Positions 1-8,890 are shown, numbered from the stretch's first letter. The stretch is 64,000 nt of DNA from a bacterium (GCA_965261595.1 CBDHDG010000007.1:704001-768000), one strand, 5' to 3'. The notes: generated by a model not told the origin, from the sequence alone. Numbers and translations: made by a program.

Positions 1-85
1 GAGGACCCGACAGGGCGTCGAAGGAAACCTCTCCGTTCGCCATAATATGGCGCCCGGCGACCCGGGTGTCCAGACTCCGGTTTCA

Positions 86-1222
86 TCATCCGCCGCTCTC
101 CCCCGGCTTCGGCTCCTCCCGCCGGCTTTCGGGCCGGTAATGCCCCTGCGCCTCCCGAAGCTCCCGCGCGACGGCCCGGCGGAGCTCCTCAGGGGAGACC
201 ACCTCCGCCCCGCCGCCCAGACTCAACACCCAGGCCCGGATCGAGTTCAGGTCGGACGCCGAGAGCCGGACGAGCGACGCCCCCTCTTCCCCCGAGCCGC
301 TCCCGGCGGGATCGCCGGCGCGCCCGGAGGGCTCAGGCGATTCCAGGGAGATCCCCGGAAGCCAGCCGCGCTCGATCGCCTCCCGGACCCGCTCGACGGC
401 GTCGCCCGAACAACGGACGAGCACCTCGCCCCCGGGGGAAGGCGCGCCGGAGGGCCCCGCCAGCCTTCCGGTCAACACCGATTGAAAATCGATGTCCAAG
501 GGGAGTTGAAAGACGTCTTTCGTCGCCCGGACTTCGCGGATCGATTCGAGGGGAAGGAGCTCCAGGCTCCGGGTCTCGTGCAGATAACCCATCAACAGCG
601 TCCGGCCGAGCTGGTGCCAGACCCCGTAAGGGTCCATTCGGCGCCAGGAGGCGCGCCGCCTCCCGGACGGCAGGACGCGGACCTCCACGCACCGGCGCTC
701 GTCCGCGGCCCGGGTCATCTCCTCCAGAACCTCTTGATGGAGGGCGAGAGACTTCACGGCGGGCAGATAGGGTCCGAAGTGTTGATCCAACCGATCGAGA
801 AAGTCCCGGACCGGCGCGGGCAGCAGCTTCTCCAGGGTGATCAAAAAAGATTGGAACGTCCGGCGGAAGGGGGTCTCGCGAAATGCGTCGAACACCCGGC
901 GCGCATAATAAAGGGCCATCAGCTCGGAGAGGGGAAAAGGGCCGGGGATGGTGTTGCGATACCCCTCGGGAAACCGCCAGCGGACGCCTCCCTGCTCCTG
1001 CTTCAGGATGGGAAACCCGGCCTGGATGAGGTCTTCCAGGTCACGCCGGATGGTGCCCTGGCTCCACCTTCGCGGACCGCCCTCCCCGGACCCGGCTCGG
1101 CCGTCGGACCGGTCATCCGACGGGCGGATCAACTCGGCCAGGTCGGCCAGGGTCAAGGCGCCGCCGGCTTCCAGATACCGGACAATCTCCCATTGCCGCT
1201 GAATCTGGTGCCGGCGCGACAC
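86..1222 (-). CDS. WYL-domain transcriptional regulator (N-terminal HTH, WYL and WCX domains)
   Basis: N-terminal wHTH-like segment 'LTLADLAE...TIRRDLEDL'; WYL-like 'RRMDPYGVWH...LLMGY...LESIREV'; C-terminal 'WVLSLGGGAEVVSPEELR'. GTG at 1222 follows GGAGGGGAG; the ORF track extends to 1312. Confidence 0.85.
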   Translation of the reverse strand: MSRRHQIQRQWEIVRYLEAGGALTLADLAELIRPSDDRSDGRAGSGEGGPRRWSQGTIRRDLEDLIQAGFPILKQEQGGVRWRFPEGYRNTIPGPFPLSELMALYYARRVFDAFRETPFRRTFQSFLITLEKLLPAPVRDFLDRLDQHFGPYLPAVKSLALHQEVLEEMTRAADERRCVEVRVLPSGRRRASWRRMDPYGVWHQLGRTLLMGYLHETRSLELLPLESIREVRATKDVFQLPLDIDFQSVLTGRLAGPSGAPSPGGEVLVRCSGDAVERVREAIERGWLPGISLESPEPSGRAGDPAGSGSGEEGASLVRLSASDLNSIRAWVLSLGGGAEVVSPEELRRAVARELREAQGHYRPESRREEPKPGESGG

Positions 1223-1262
1223 GACGCGCTCCCCTCCCCGCCACCGCCCGGCTCGGCCGGTT

Positions 1263-2186
1263 TCAGCCGGCCGCCCGCAAAGCGGCGGCCTTCGCTTCCA
1301 GCACTTCGACAAACGACGCGGGCCCGCGAACCGATCCCATCAGGACGTGCGGGTCGTCTCTGCCGTGACAGTCGGACCCGCCGGTGACGAGCAGCCCCCG
1401 GGCCTCGGCCAGGCGCCGGTAGGACTTCGCTTCGGCCTGGCTGTGGCTGGAATGATAGGCCTCGATCCCGCAAAGCCCTTCGCCGGCGAGCCTCGGGATC
1501 AAGTGGTCCTTTCCACCCCGCCCGGGATGGGCCATCACGGACACCCCGCCCGCACATCGGATGATCCGGAGGGCCTCGGCCGTTGTCAAGGCGTCGACGG
1601 GCTCATAGGCCGGACAACCCATGCCCAGGTACCGGGAGAAGACCTCTTGTTTCGAAGGGACCAGGCCCGCCGAAACCAGGTACGTCGACAGGTTCAACCG
1701 GCCCGCCAGCCCCTTCGGGTGACTGGTGAAATAGGCGTCGGGGTCGGCCGGCACGCCGAGATTGCGCAGCTTTTCAATCATCCGGAGAATGCGCTCGCGC
1801 CGCCGGACTTCGATCCCGGATAAGGCCGTGATGAACTCCGCGTCCTCGATGTCCACGAGGTAGCCGAGAAAGTGAACGTCGCCGTCCTCCGTGGTCGCGC
1901 TGATTTCGACGGAGGAGATCAGGCTGAGTCCCAGCTCCCGGGCGCGGGCGAGGGCGGGGGCGACGCCCTGGACGGTGTCGTGATCCGCGATGGCCAGAAA
2001 GGACATCCCGAGGGCGGCAGCCCGCTCGACCACCTTCTCCGGGGAGTGAACGCCGTCTGAGAAATGGGTGTGGACGTGAAGGTCGCCGAATGGCTCATCG
2101 GGGCCGACGAGGACGTGCCGGGCGGGTCCGCTCTTTCGTCTTGCCGATGAATTCGGGCCGGACACGCTTTCCCTTATCTTCCGCAA
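1263..2186 (-). CDS. PHP-domain phosphoesterase (TrpH/YciV-like)
   Basis: Motifs DLHVHTHFSDG, AIADHDT, VHFLGY, MAHP, GIEAYH, TGGSDCHG. Confidence 0.9.
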   Translation of the reverse strand: MRKIRESVSGPNSSARRKSGPARHVLVGPDEPFGDLHVHTHFSDGVHSPEKVVERAAALGMSFLAIADHDTVQGVAPALARARELGLSLISSVEISATTEDGDVHFLGYLVDIEDAEFITALSGIEVRRRERILRMIEKLRNLGVPADPDAYFTSHPKGLAGRLNLSTYLVSAGLVPSKQEVFSRYLGMGCPAYEPVDALTTAEALRIIRCAGGVSVMAHPGRGGKDHLIPRLAGEGLCGIEAYHSSHSQAEAKSYRRLAEARGLLVTGGSDCHGRDDPHVLMGSVRGPASFVEVLEAKAAALRAAG

Positions 2187-2304
2187 CGGCCGCCACAGGG
2201 CGGGGAGGAGGAGGGGGCGGCAAGCCGCCTGTCCCGCGACACAAAAAACGAGGCCCGCCCCGGATGCCTGGTTGCCCGTGGACGAGCCGCGTCAGCGCTC
2301 AAAA

Positions 2305-2379
2305 TGGAGCGGGCGATGGGAATCGAACCCACGACGTTCAGCTTGGGAAGCTGACATTCTACCTCTGAATTACGCCCGC
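2305..2379 (-). tRNA. tRNA-Gly (anticodon CCC), CCA encoded
   Basis: Reverse complement GCGGGCGTAATTCAGAGGTAGAATGTCAGCTTCCCAAGCTGAACGTCGTGGGTTCGATTCCCATCGCCCGCTCCA: acceptor stem GCGGGCG/CGCCCGC, anticodon arm TCAGC-TTCCCAA-GCTGA, T-loop GTTCGATTC. Confidence 0.97.
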
Positions 2380-2486
2380 CCGGAATGAATCAATCGATTG
2401 CGCTCACCTCTAAAAAAAGACTGTAATGCAATGCCTCCGGAAAGATCAACCCCCGCTCCCCCCCGGTCTCGAATGCCCGTCGGCCG

Positions 2487-2918
2487 TTACACCACACCCT
2501 CGACATTCACTTCGCTCTCCTCGACCCACACGACGCCGTCCTCGCCCGTTTCCTTTTTCCAGATCGGGACAATCTGCTTGATCCGGTCGATGGCGTACTT
2601 GCACGCCGCGAACGCCTCCGCCCTGTGGGGAGAGGCCACGGAGATGACGACGGCCGTGTCGCCGATCCGGAGCCGGCCAACCCGGTGGACGATGGCCACG
2701 GCGTCCGTGCCCCATTTTTCCGCAATCTCGCCGCCGATCTGACGGAGCTTCTTCTCGGCCATGGGCTTGTAAGCGTGGTACTCGAGCGCGACGACCTTCC
2801 GCCCCCGGGCGTGGTCGCGGACGATGCCGAAGAAATCCACGAGCGCCCCCTGGCCGGCGCTCAGGACGGCGCGGTGGAGCTCGTCCACGTTGATCGGCGT
2901 TTCGGAGATCTTAAACAC
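2487..2918 (-). CDS. moaE: Molybdopterin synthase catalytic subunit
   Basis: GA..F.GIVRDH, LEY.AY.PMAEK, HRVGRL.IGD, SPHRAEAF, K..VPIWKKE. Confidence 0.95.
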   Translation of the reverse strand: MFKISETPINVDELHRAVLSAGQGALVDFFGIVRDHARGRKVVALEYHAYKPMAEKKLRQIGGEIAEKWGTDAVAIVHRVGRLRIGDTAVVISVASPHRAEAFAACKYAIDRIKQIVPIWKKETGEDGVVWVEESEVNVEGVV

Positions 2919-3165
2919 CGCAGCCTCCGGAGATCGGCGGGATCAGGGCGACCTCATCCCCCGCGCTCAATGAAAAATCGGGCCCCACGAACTCCTCGTT
3001 GACGGCGATCGTCAAGGCCTCGACCCGCGCGGCGAGCCTCGGGTGCGACTCCGCCAGTTGGCGCATCAGCCCCTCGACGGTCGCGCCCTCGGGCGCCTCC
3101 GCCTGGATCCGTTCGGCCCCGATCGCGTCCTTCGCCCACGCGAAAGCCAGCACATGAACCCGCAC
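2911..3165 (-). CDS. moaD: Molybdopterin synthase sulfur carrier subunit
   Basis: Ubiquitin-like fold, 'AVNEEF...GDEVALIPPISGG' followed by a short CGV extension; overlaps the moaE start. Confidence 0.92.
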   Translation of the reverse strand: MRVHVLAFAWAKDAIGAERIQAEAPEGATVEGLMRQLAESHPRLAARVEALTIAVNEEFVGPDFSLSAGDEVALIPPISGGCGV

Positions 3166-3434
3166 GCCCCATCCCTTTCCCGCAAGCCCGTCCAGCCAAA
3201 CCCTTTCATAAGATCGTAGGTTCCGGAACGCGGTCTGTCAATCCGCGCATACGCAACGCCGAATCGAAAACCGGCGGACTCATGGGGCGCCGGCAAGGCG
3301 CACGTCTTGAAAACGCCGTGTGGTATACTTACCTGAAAAATTCTTCCCCAATCCGATTCAGCCTGGATCTTGGAATCCAGGGCGGTTCACGCCACGACAA
3401 CGGGCCCGATCACGCGGCCAGGGGGTGGATGGAG

Positions 3435-3581
3435 ATGAAACGATCCGTCCGGATGACCATCAACGGCGAGTCCCATGAGCACGAGGTGGAGCCACTGGAG
3501 GACCTGTTCGCCTCCGGGGAGTTCCGAGCGCACTTGGCCCGCGTCCACTGCCGGCGGGCGATTCGCGCGGCGGCCGGCTGA
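3435..3581 (+). pseudogene. 48-codon deletion remnant fusing a CoxS-like N-terminus to a CoxM-like C-terminus (xanthine/CO dehydrogenase family)
   Basis: MKRSVRMTINGESHEHEVEP resembles the 2Fe-2S subunit start; LEDLFASGEFRAHLARVHCRRAIRAA resembles the FAD subunit end. Confidence 0.65.
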
Positions 3582-3666
3582 GACCGTCGTCCGTTTCCAC
3601 TGAGATCCGAACGGCGCGCGGGTCCCGAAGTCCAACCGGGCTTTGGGCGGACGCGCCGGGTTGAGC

Positions 3667-4872
3667 ATGGAAAAAACCTTTACACAGATCATCGAATCCT
3701 ACCGGCCCTGGCTCGTCGAGATCCGGCGTGACCTCCACCGTCACCCGGAGCTGGCCTTCGAGGAGGTCCGCACCGCCGGAATCATGGCCAAGAGTCTCAA
3801 ATCCTTCGGCCTGGAGTTCCGGACGGGCGTGGGGAAGACTGGCGTCGTCGGCCTGCTCCGGAAAAACCCGGACGGCCCCACCGTAGCCATCCGCGGCGAC
3901 ATGGACTGCCTGCCCATCCAGGAAGAGAACGACGTCCCCTACGCCTCCACCCGGCCGGGGCTCATGCACGCCTGCGGCCACGACGCCCACACGACGATCA
4001 TCCTGGGGACCGCCCGGTTCCTGTCGGAGAACCCGGAGTTCCTCGAAGGCGTCCCGGGACAGGTGAAGTTCATCTTCCAGCCGGCGGAGGAAGGCCGGGC
4101 CGGCGCGGCGGCGATGATCCGCGACGGCGTCCTCTCCGACCCGCCCGTGGACGCGATCTTCGGCGCGCACATGGTCCACACCCTGCCCGCGGGCGCCATG
4201 GGGCTGACCCCCGGCGCCGCCCTGGCGGCGTTTGACCGGATCGAGATTCACGTGACCGGCAGGGGCGGGCACGCGGCGAGGCCCCAGTCCACCGTGGACC
4301 CCGTGGTGACGGCGTCTTATCTGGTCACCGCGCTTCAGTCCATCGTCAGCCGGAACATCAACCCGCTCGAGAGCGCTGTCCTCACCATCGGGAGCATCAA
4401 CGCCGGCAACGCCTTCAACGTCATCCCCTCCTCCGCCGTCCTGGTCGGGACCCTCCGAACCATGAGCGAAGAGGTCAGGCTGCTCGCCCGGAAGCGGATT
4501 CAGGAGATGTCGGAACAAGTGGCGGCCGCTTTCGGGGCGACGGCCGAGGTCGAAATCGAAGATGGCTACCCCATGATGTACAACGACCCGGACATGACGG
4601 CCTTCTTTGGCCGCGTGCTTCGGGCGGAGTGGGGGGAAGAACCCGTCAAGGACCTCCCGCCCATCATGGCGTCCGAGGATTTCGCCTATTACCTGGAACA
4701 GGTCCGGGGGACCTATTTCCGGCTGGGATGCGGCAACGTTGAAAGGGGAATCACCCACAGCATGCACACTTCGAGGTTCGACATCGACGAGGACGTCCTC
4801 CCCTTCGGCGTTACGGTCTTCGCGTATCTCATTCGGGAATATCTCAAGCGGGCGCAGGGGACCGACGCTTAA
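3667..4872 (+). CDS. M20D family amidohydrolase
   Basis: RRDLHRHPELAFEE, RGDMDCLP, MHACGHDAH, FQPAEEG, GRGGHAARP, SEDFAYY. Confidence 0.95.
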   Translation: MEKTFTQIIESYRPWLVEIRRDLHRHPELAFEEVRTAGIMAKSLKSFGLEFRTGVGKTGVVGLLRKNPDGPTVAIRGDMDCLPIQEENDVPYASTRPGLMHACGHDAHTTIILGTARFLSENPEFLEGVPGQVKFIFQPAEEGRAGAAAMIRDGVLSDPPVDAIFGAHMVHTLPAGAMGLTPGAALAAFDRIEIHVTGRGGHAARPQSTVDPVVTASYLVTALQSIVSRNINPLESAVLTIGSINAGNAFNVIPSSAVLVGTLRTMSEEVRLLARKRIQEMSEQVAAAFGATAEVEIEDGYPMMYNDPDMTAFFGRVLRAEWGEEPVKDLPPIMASEDFAYYLEQVRGTYFRLGCGNVERGITHSMHTSRFDIDEDVLPFGVTVFAYLIREYLKRAQGTDA

Positions 4873-5100
4873 ACCGCATTTTTCGCAAGGAAGGACGGTT
4901 CAGTGGCGAGTGTAACATCCTATCTTTGAGGAGGGCGGGTACAGAGCCCCGCCCCTACATTTTCAGGGCCTCGTCCATCAAAGCCGGTGTAGGGGTCGGG
5001 CGAGAGTCGGTTGACTCCCGTACCGCCCCGAAGCGTTGGCCAACAATCCAATGGCCGATCCTACGCGGGCCTGTAACGGAACCGTAGTGGGAAATGCGGG
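4873..5100. mobile_element. MITE with IS1380-like ends carrying an inverted GTAG REP pair (copy A)
   Basis: Ends ACCGCATTTTTCGC / GTGGGAAATGCGGG; internal ...GCCCCTAC and GTAGGGG...; strong similarity to 61758-62028. Confidence 0.7.
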
Positions 5101-5145
5101 CAGATCTCTCCGCCGTCCGAATCTGATTCCGGGAGGAAGATCCAC

Positions 5146-6330
5146 ATGGTGAAAATGGAGGGAGCGGGGACGCCCCAATCGGAGATCCCCGGCCGGCTGG
5201 ATCGCGCCCGCGAGGCCATGGCAGAGCGGGACCTGGATCTCCTCCTCGTCATCGGCCGGTCCTTCTACGACCGCATGGGCGACCTGACGTTTCTGACCAA
5301 CCACTTCCCGCCCTTTCCCGCCGGGGCGTTCACCAAGGAGAGCCGCGGCGCGGGCCACGGCGTCCTCCTCCTCCCCCGGACCGGGGACCCCATTCTTCTG
5401 GTCGACCGGACCGGCCACCGCAAAGACCTCGTCCCCATCGAGGACGTGCGGCCCACACCGATCATCGCCCCCACGGTGAAGGAGGCCCTCGCCGAGCGGG
5501 GCCTGACCCGCGCGCGCGCCGGCATCGTGGGCGAGGACATCCTCCCCCTGGCCCTGTACCGGGACCTGACGGCGGCCCTGCCGGACGTTACCTGGGCGCC
5601 GGCGGATGAAATCGTGCGCGGCCTTCGCAGTATCAAGACCGAGGCGGAGATCGCCCTGTTGAAAACGGCCGCCGAGATCGCCGACACGTCCCTGGCGGCG
5701 GCGATGGCCGCGTGCGTTCCGGGACAGACCGAGGCCGACGTGTGCGCGGCCGCCATCGCCGAGGGGATGCGCCGGGGGGCCGACTTCGTCCGGTACGTCC
5801 GGGTGCACTCCGGGCCCTGGTCCACCATGGGGATCCGCTGGCCCCAGGCGACACAGCGGGCGCTCGAGGAAGGCGACGTGGTCCGGGTCGATGTCATCGG
5901 GGCCTTCGAGGGCTACCAGTACGATGTCCTGCGGACGACCTGCGTCGGCGAGCCGTCCGGCAAGGTCTTGAAGATCTTCGAGATTTGCGCCGAGGCGACC
6001 GAGGCGGCCGTCGCGGCGTGCCGGCCGGGCGTGAAGAGCGACGACATCTATCAGACCTCCCAGGCGATTTTCGAGCGCGCGGGATACGGCCGACACAGCC
6101 GCGCCTTCATGGGCCACGGCATCGGCCTGGAGACGGTGGAGTCCCCGCTCATCCAAAAGGGCGTCCAGGACGTGATCGAGGAGGGGATGGTCCTGTGCGT
6201 CGAGCCGGGCGTCTCCGTCCCCGACGTGGCGGGCGCGTGCATCGAAGAGGAAATCATCGTCCGGGGGGACGGTCCGGAGCTCATCACCCACGCCCCGACC
6301 CGCCCCTGGCGGAAGGACGGGGGCGGGTGA
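5146..6330 (+). CDS. Xaa-Pro peptidase (M24) family protein
   Basis: LRSIKTEAEI, D..G...GYQYD..RT, GHGIGL, EPG, IEEEI. Confidence 0.92.
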   Translation: MVKMEGAGTPQSEIPGRLDRAREAMAERDLDLLLVIGRSFYDRMGDLTFLTNHFPPFPAGAFTKESRGAGHGVLLLPRTGDPILLVDRTGHRKDLVPIEDVRPTPIIAPTVKEALAERGLTRARAGIVGEDILPLALYRDLTAALPDVTWAPADEIVRGLRSIKTEAEIALLKTAAEIADTSLAAAMAACVPGQTEADVCAAAIAEGMRRGADFVRYVRVHSGPWSTMGIRWPQATQRALEEGDVVRVDVIGAFEGYQYDVLRTTCVGEPSGKVLKIFEICAEATEAAVAACRPGVKSDDIYQTSQAIFERAGYGRHSRAFMGHGIGLETVESPLIQKGVQDVIEEGMVLCVEPGVSVPDVAGACIEEEIIVRGDGPELITHAPTRPWRKDGGG

Positions 6331-6373
6331 GCGTCCCCGTCCGCAACCGGCATACACACGAGGGAGAGAAAAG

Positions 6374-7360
6374 GTGGTCGACTTCGGACTGACCCTGCCG
6401 AACCGGGGCGTCATCGTCGGAATCGTGCAGGCCCGGGAGCTGGTGGACATGGCCGTGAAGGCGGAGGAGACGGGCGTCCTGACGGACGTCTGGGTCGGGG
6501 ACAGCATCCTGAGCAAGCCCCGGCTGGAGTGCATCCCCCTGCTGGGCGCGATCGCCGGGCGGACCGCCCGCGTCAAGCTGGGCGTGGCGTGCATGGCCAC
6601 CATCGTCCAGCGCAACCCCGTGGTCTTCGGCCTTCAGTGGGCGAGCCTGGACGTGCTCTCCGAGGGCCGGGCGCTCCTGGTGGCCTGCATGGGCTACCCG
6701 GCGAGCCAGACCCCGGCGGCCGCTAAGGAGCTGGACGTCATGGGGATCCCCAGCAAGGAGCGGCCGGGCCGGATGGTGGAGATGATGGCGGCCCTGCGGG
6801 CGCTCTGGTCCGGCGAGCACGCGACGTACGCGGGGAAATACTACGCCTTCGAGGACGTGAATCTCCTGCCGAAACCCGTCCAGCAGCCCTGCCCCATCTG
6901 GATCGCCGCCACCCCGCGCGAGCGGAACATCGGCGAGAAAGGCGTGGAGCGTTCCCTGCGGCGCATCGCCCAGCACGCCGACGGGTGGCAGACCACGCTG
7001 CTGACGCCCGAGATGTTCAAGGATTACCTGGGCCGCATCCAAGCGATGCGAAAAGAAGAGGGTCTGGACAAAGCCGGATTCAAGACCTCGCTCTACTACA
7101 ATCTGCACGTCAATCCCGACCGCGAGGCGGCTTATTGGGAGAGCAAGGCGTTTCTGGACGAATATTACGATCGGGACTGGCCGAAGGACATGGTGGAGCT
7201 CTGGACGGCCCACGGCTCCGTCCGGCAATGCGTCGAGACCCTGAAAGGTTATATGGATGCGGGCGTCGACCACATCACCATCCGACTGACGGCCCGGGAT
7301 CAGGCCCGGCAGTTCGAGATTTACGTGAAAGAGGTCCTGCCGGAGCTGGGGATTCGATAG
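6374..7360 (+). CDS. LLM-class flavin-dependent oxidoreductase
   Basis: VWVGDS, RT.RVKLG, ASLDVLSEGR, PKPVQQP..IWIA, HADGW. Confidence 0.92.
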   Translation: MVDFGLTLPNRGVIVGIVQARELVDMAVKAEETGVLTDVWVGDSILSKPRLECIPLLGAIAGRTARVKLGVACMATIVQRNPVVFGLQWASLDVLSEGRALLVACMGYPASQTPAAAKELDVMGIPSKERPGRMVEMMAALRALWSGEHATYAGKYYAFEDVNLLPKPVQQPCPIWIAATPRERNIGEKGVERSLRRIAQHADGWQTTLLTPEMFKDYLGRIQAMRKEEGLDKAGFKTSLYYNLHVNPDREAAYWESKAFLDEYYDRDWPKDMVELWTAHGSVRQCVETLKGYMDAGVDHITIRLTARDQARQFEIYVKEVLPELGIR

Positions 7361-7512
7361 TGTCGCGTCTCGGAGATAACTTCACGAATTCTGAACCTCC
7401 TCAAAGAAGCGTGCCACTGGCGGCTTGCTCGCCGGTGCCTCAGTTTTCGGGAAACCCAAAGGGCATCCTGTCATCTGAAACTTATTGAAACCATTTCTGA
7501 GACGCGACAGTA
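7358..7512. mobile_element. MITE with ~20-bp imperfect TIRs; the left end provides the TAG stop of the LLM gene
   Basis: TAGTGTCGCGTCTCGGAGAT ... ATTTCTGAGACGCGACAGTA; internal palindrome CACTGGCGGCTTGCTCGCCGGTG. Confidence 0.7.
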
Positions 7513-7665
7513 GAACCTATCTCAAAATGGGTAGTGCCCGAACCGTCATGCCCGCGTGTCGTAAGCGGGCATCCAGAAAAGCTTGAAAACACTGGTTTCC
7601 CGCTTTCGCGGGAATGACGACCAAAAGCCCAAGGAGTGGGAAATCTGTTTTTGAGATAGGTTCTA
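7511..7665. mobile_element. MITE with perfect 17-bp TIRs, enclosing a CGTC-type REP (7544-7619)
   Basis: TAGAACCTATCTCAAAA ... TTTTGAGATAGGTTCTA; internal CGTCATGCCCGC...GCGGGCATCCAG...CTGGTTTCCCGCTTTCGCGGGAATGACG. Confidence 0.75.
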
Positions 7666-7766
7666 GAGATCCGGGCGGACGTCGGGGGAGGAGAGCGCCC
7701 AGCAGAATCCGGACGCGCCTTATACTTTTTTCCTGAACGGAAAAGCGAGAGGAAAGGGGGAGGAAA

Positions 7767-8153
7767 ATAGCGACTTACAAATATGACCACATCCACTTTC
7801 GAAGCGAGGACCCGCACGCCGCCCGAAAATTCTGGGAGGAGATGTTCGGCGCGGAATGCACCCGGGAAAGAGAGCTGGGGGGCGCGCCGTCGTTCACGAT
7901 GGACCTGAACGGCATGATCTTTCAGGTGTCGGGCCGCGCGGAGGGCGAAGACCCCGTCCGCACGGGAAGCGAGCCGCGCTACGGCCTCGACCATTTCGGC
8001 CTTCTGGTGGACGACATGGACGGCGCGGCGAGCCACCTCCGCGGGAAAGGCGCGGAATTCATCTGCGAGCCCTGGGAGCTCCGCCCCGGCGTCAAGATCG
8101 CCTTCATCAAGGGGCCGGACAACATCAGCATCGAGCTGGCCGAACGAAAATAA
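7767..8153 (+). CDS. VOC/glyoxalase family protein; start codon is ATA, either mutated or non-canonical
   Basis: The frame upstream of the ORF-track start (7842) reads ATA-ATYKYDHIHFRSEDPHAARKFWEEMFG after GGAGG; downstream GLDHFGLLVDD and AFIKGPDNISIEL. Confidence 0.8.
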   Translation: MATYKYDHIHFRSEDPHAARKFWEEMFGAECTRERELGGAPSFTMDLNGMIFQVSGRAEGEDPVRTGSEPRYGLDHFGLLVDDMDGAASHLRGKGAEFICEPWELRPGVKIAFIKGPDNISIELAERK

Positions 8154-8189
8154 CCGCCCTCATCCCTTCATTCTCCGAAGGGCGAAAAG

Positions 8190-8312
8190 AACGGCTCTCA
8201 TTTGGGAATGACGGTTTTGTGGGAGCGGTTGAAGAGGCATTGGGGCGTATCCTGCAACGGCAGAAGCGCAGGACGAAAAGGGGGGATAAGCGGAAATAAG
8301 TATGGTGTCCCC
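8190..8312 (+). mobile_element. Y1 (RAYT/TIRYT-type) transposase 3' remnant plus right terminal repeat, copy 1
   Basis: Encodes FGNDGFVGAVEEALGRILQRQKRRTK, followed by AAATAAGTATGGTGTCCCC; homologous to 9240-9349 and 12030-12142. Confidence 0.7.
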
Positions 8313-8345
8313 TTAATTCCCTTAATTCCCTTAATTCCCTTAATT
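8310..8345. repeat. Tandem repeat (CCCTTAATT)x4
   Basis: Four exact 9-mers directly continuing the terminal repeat. Confidence 0.95.
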
Positions 8346-8374
8346 CACACGGGCCCGCCAACGGACCTTAGTGA

Positions 8375-8890
8375 CTATAGCGTCGGTTGGAACTTGTAGA
8401 TATATATCCATCCGGTCATGACAATCGCAATGACGGCGAAAAAGATATAGCAGGACCATAGCCCCGCAGGTCGAAAATCGTCCTCAATTCCGGTGACGTT
8501 CAGATCTTTCAAAGTTCGTTCTCTTCGTTTAGATAGTTTTTTGATTATAGTCAATTCTCAGAAAAGCACTACAGAATACGTAATTGAGAACACAACACCC
8601 ATCACAACCATAAGAATCCTGTACTTTGTAAATTCGCTATCTAGTGCGTACCTGAAAAGCAAACCGTTAATCCCCAAAAACACGCCAAACGCCTTTACAT
8701 GAATGTCGTAGTACTTGTGAAACTGATCAATGACCAACCGGTATTCCGTCAGCCAGAATTCCCTGGCGTCAGTGCTTTGGGTTTGGCTATGTTCCCGCTG
8801 AACTCGTTCAGTTCGCTTGGTAGATTCTGTTAAAGCCGCGCTACCGGCTCGTGTGGTCGTAGCCGGCACATTCCTAGATTTCATAGACAT
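8375..8890 (-). pseudogene. Low-GC membrane protein (about 3 TM) interrupted by an in-frame TGA at 8558-8560
   Basis: After ...YSVVLF* the same frame continues 60 codons (ELTIIKKLSKRRERTLKDL...WSCYIFFAVIAIVMTGWIYIYKFQPTL*). Confidence 0.7.

Noticed and set aside
2305..2379. tRNA-Gly as an island attachment site
   Set aside because: No duplicate of the tRNA 3' end and no integrase seen in the window.
8310..8345. Possible CRISPR or iteron array
   Set aside because: 9-bp units with no spacers; no cas or rep genes nearby.
8558..8560. Selenocysteine or alternative genetic code at the in-frame TGA
   Set aside because: TGA is used as a normal stop throughout the window, no SECIS-like hairpin is evident, and the other interrupted gene uses TAA.
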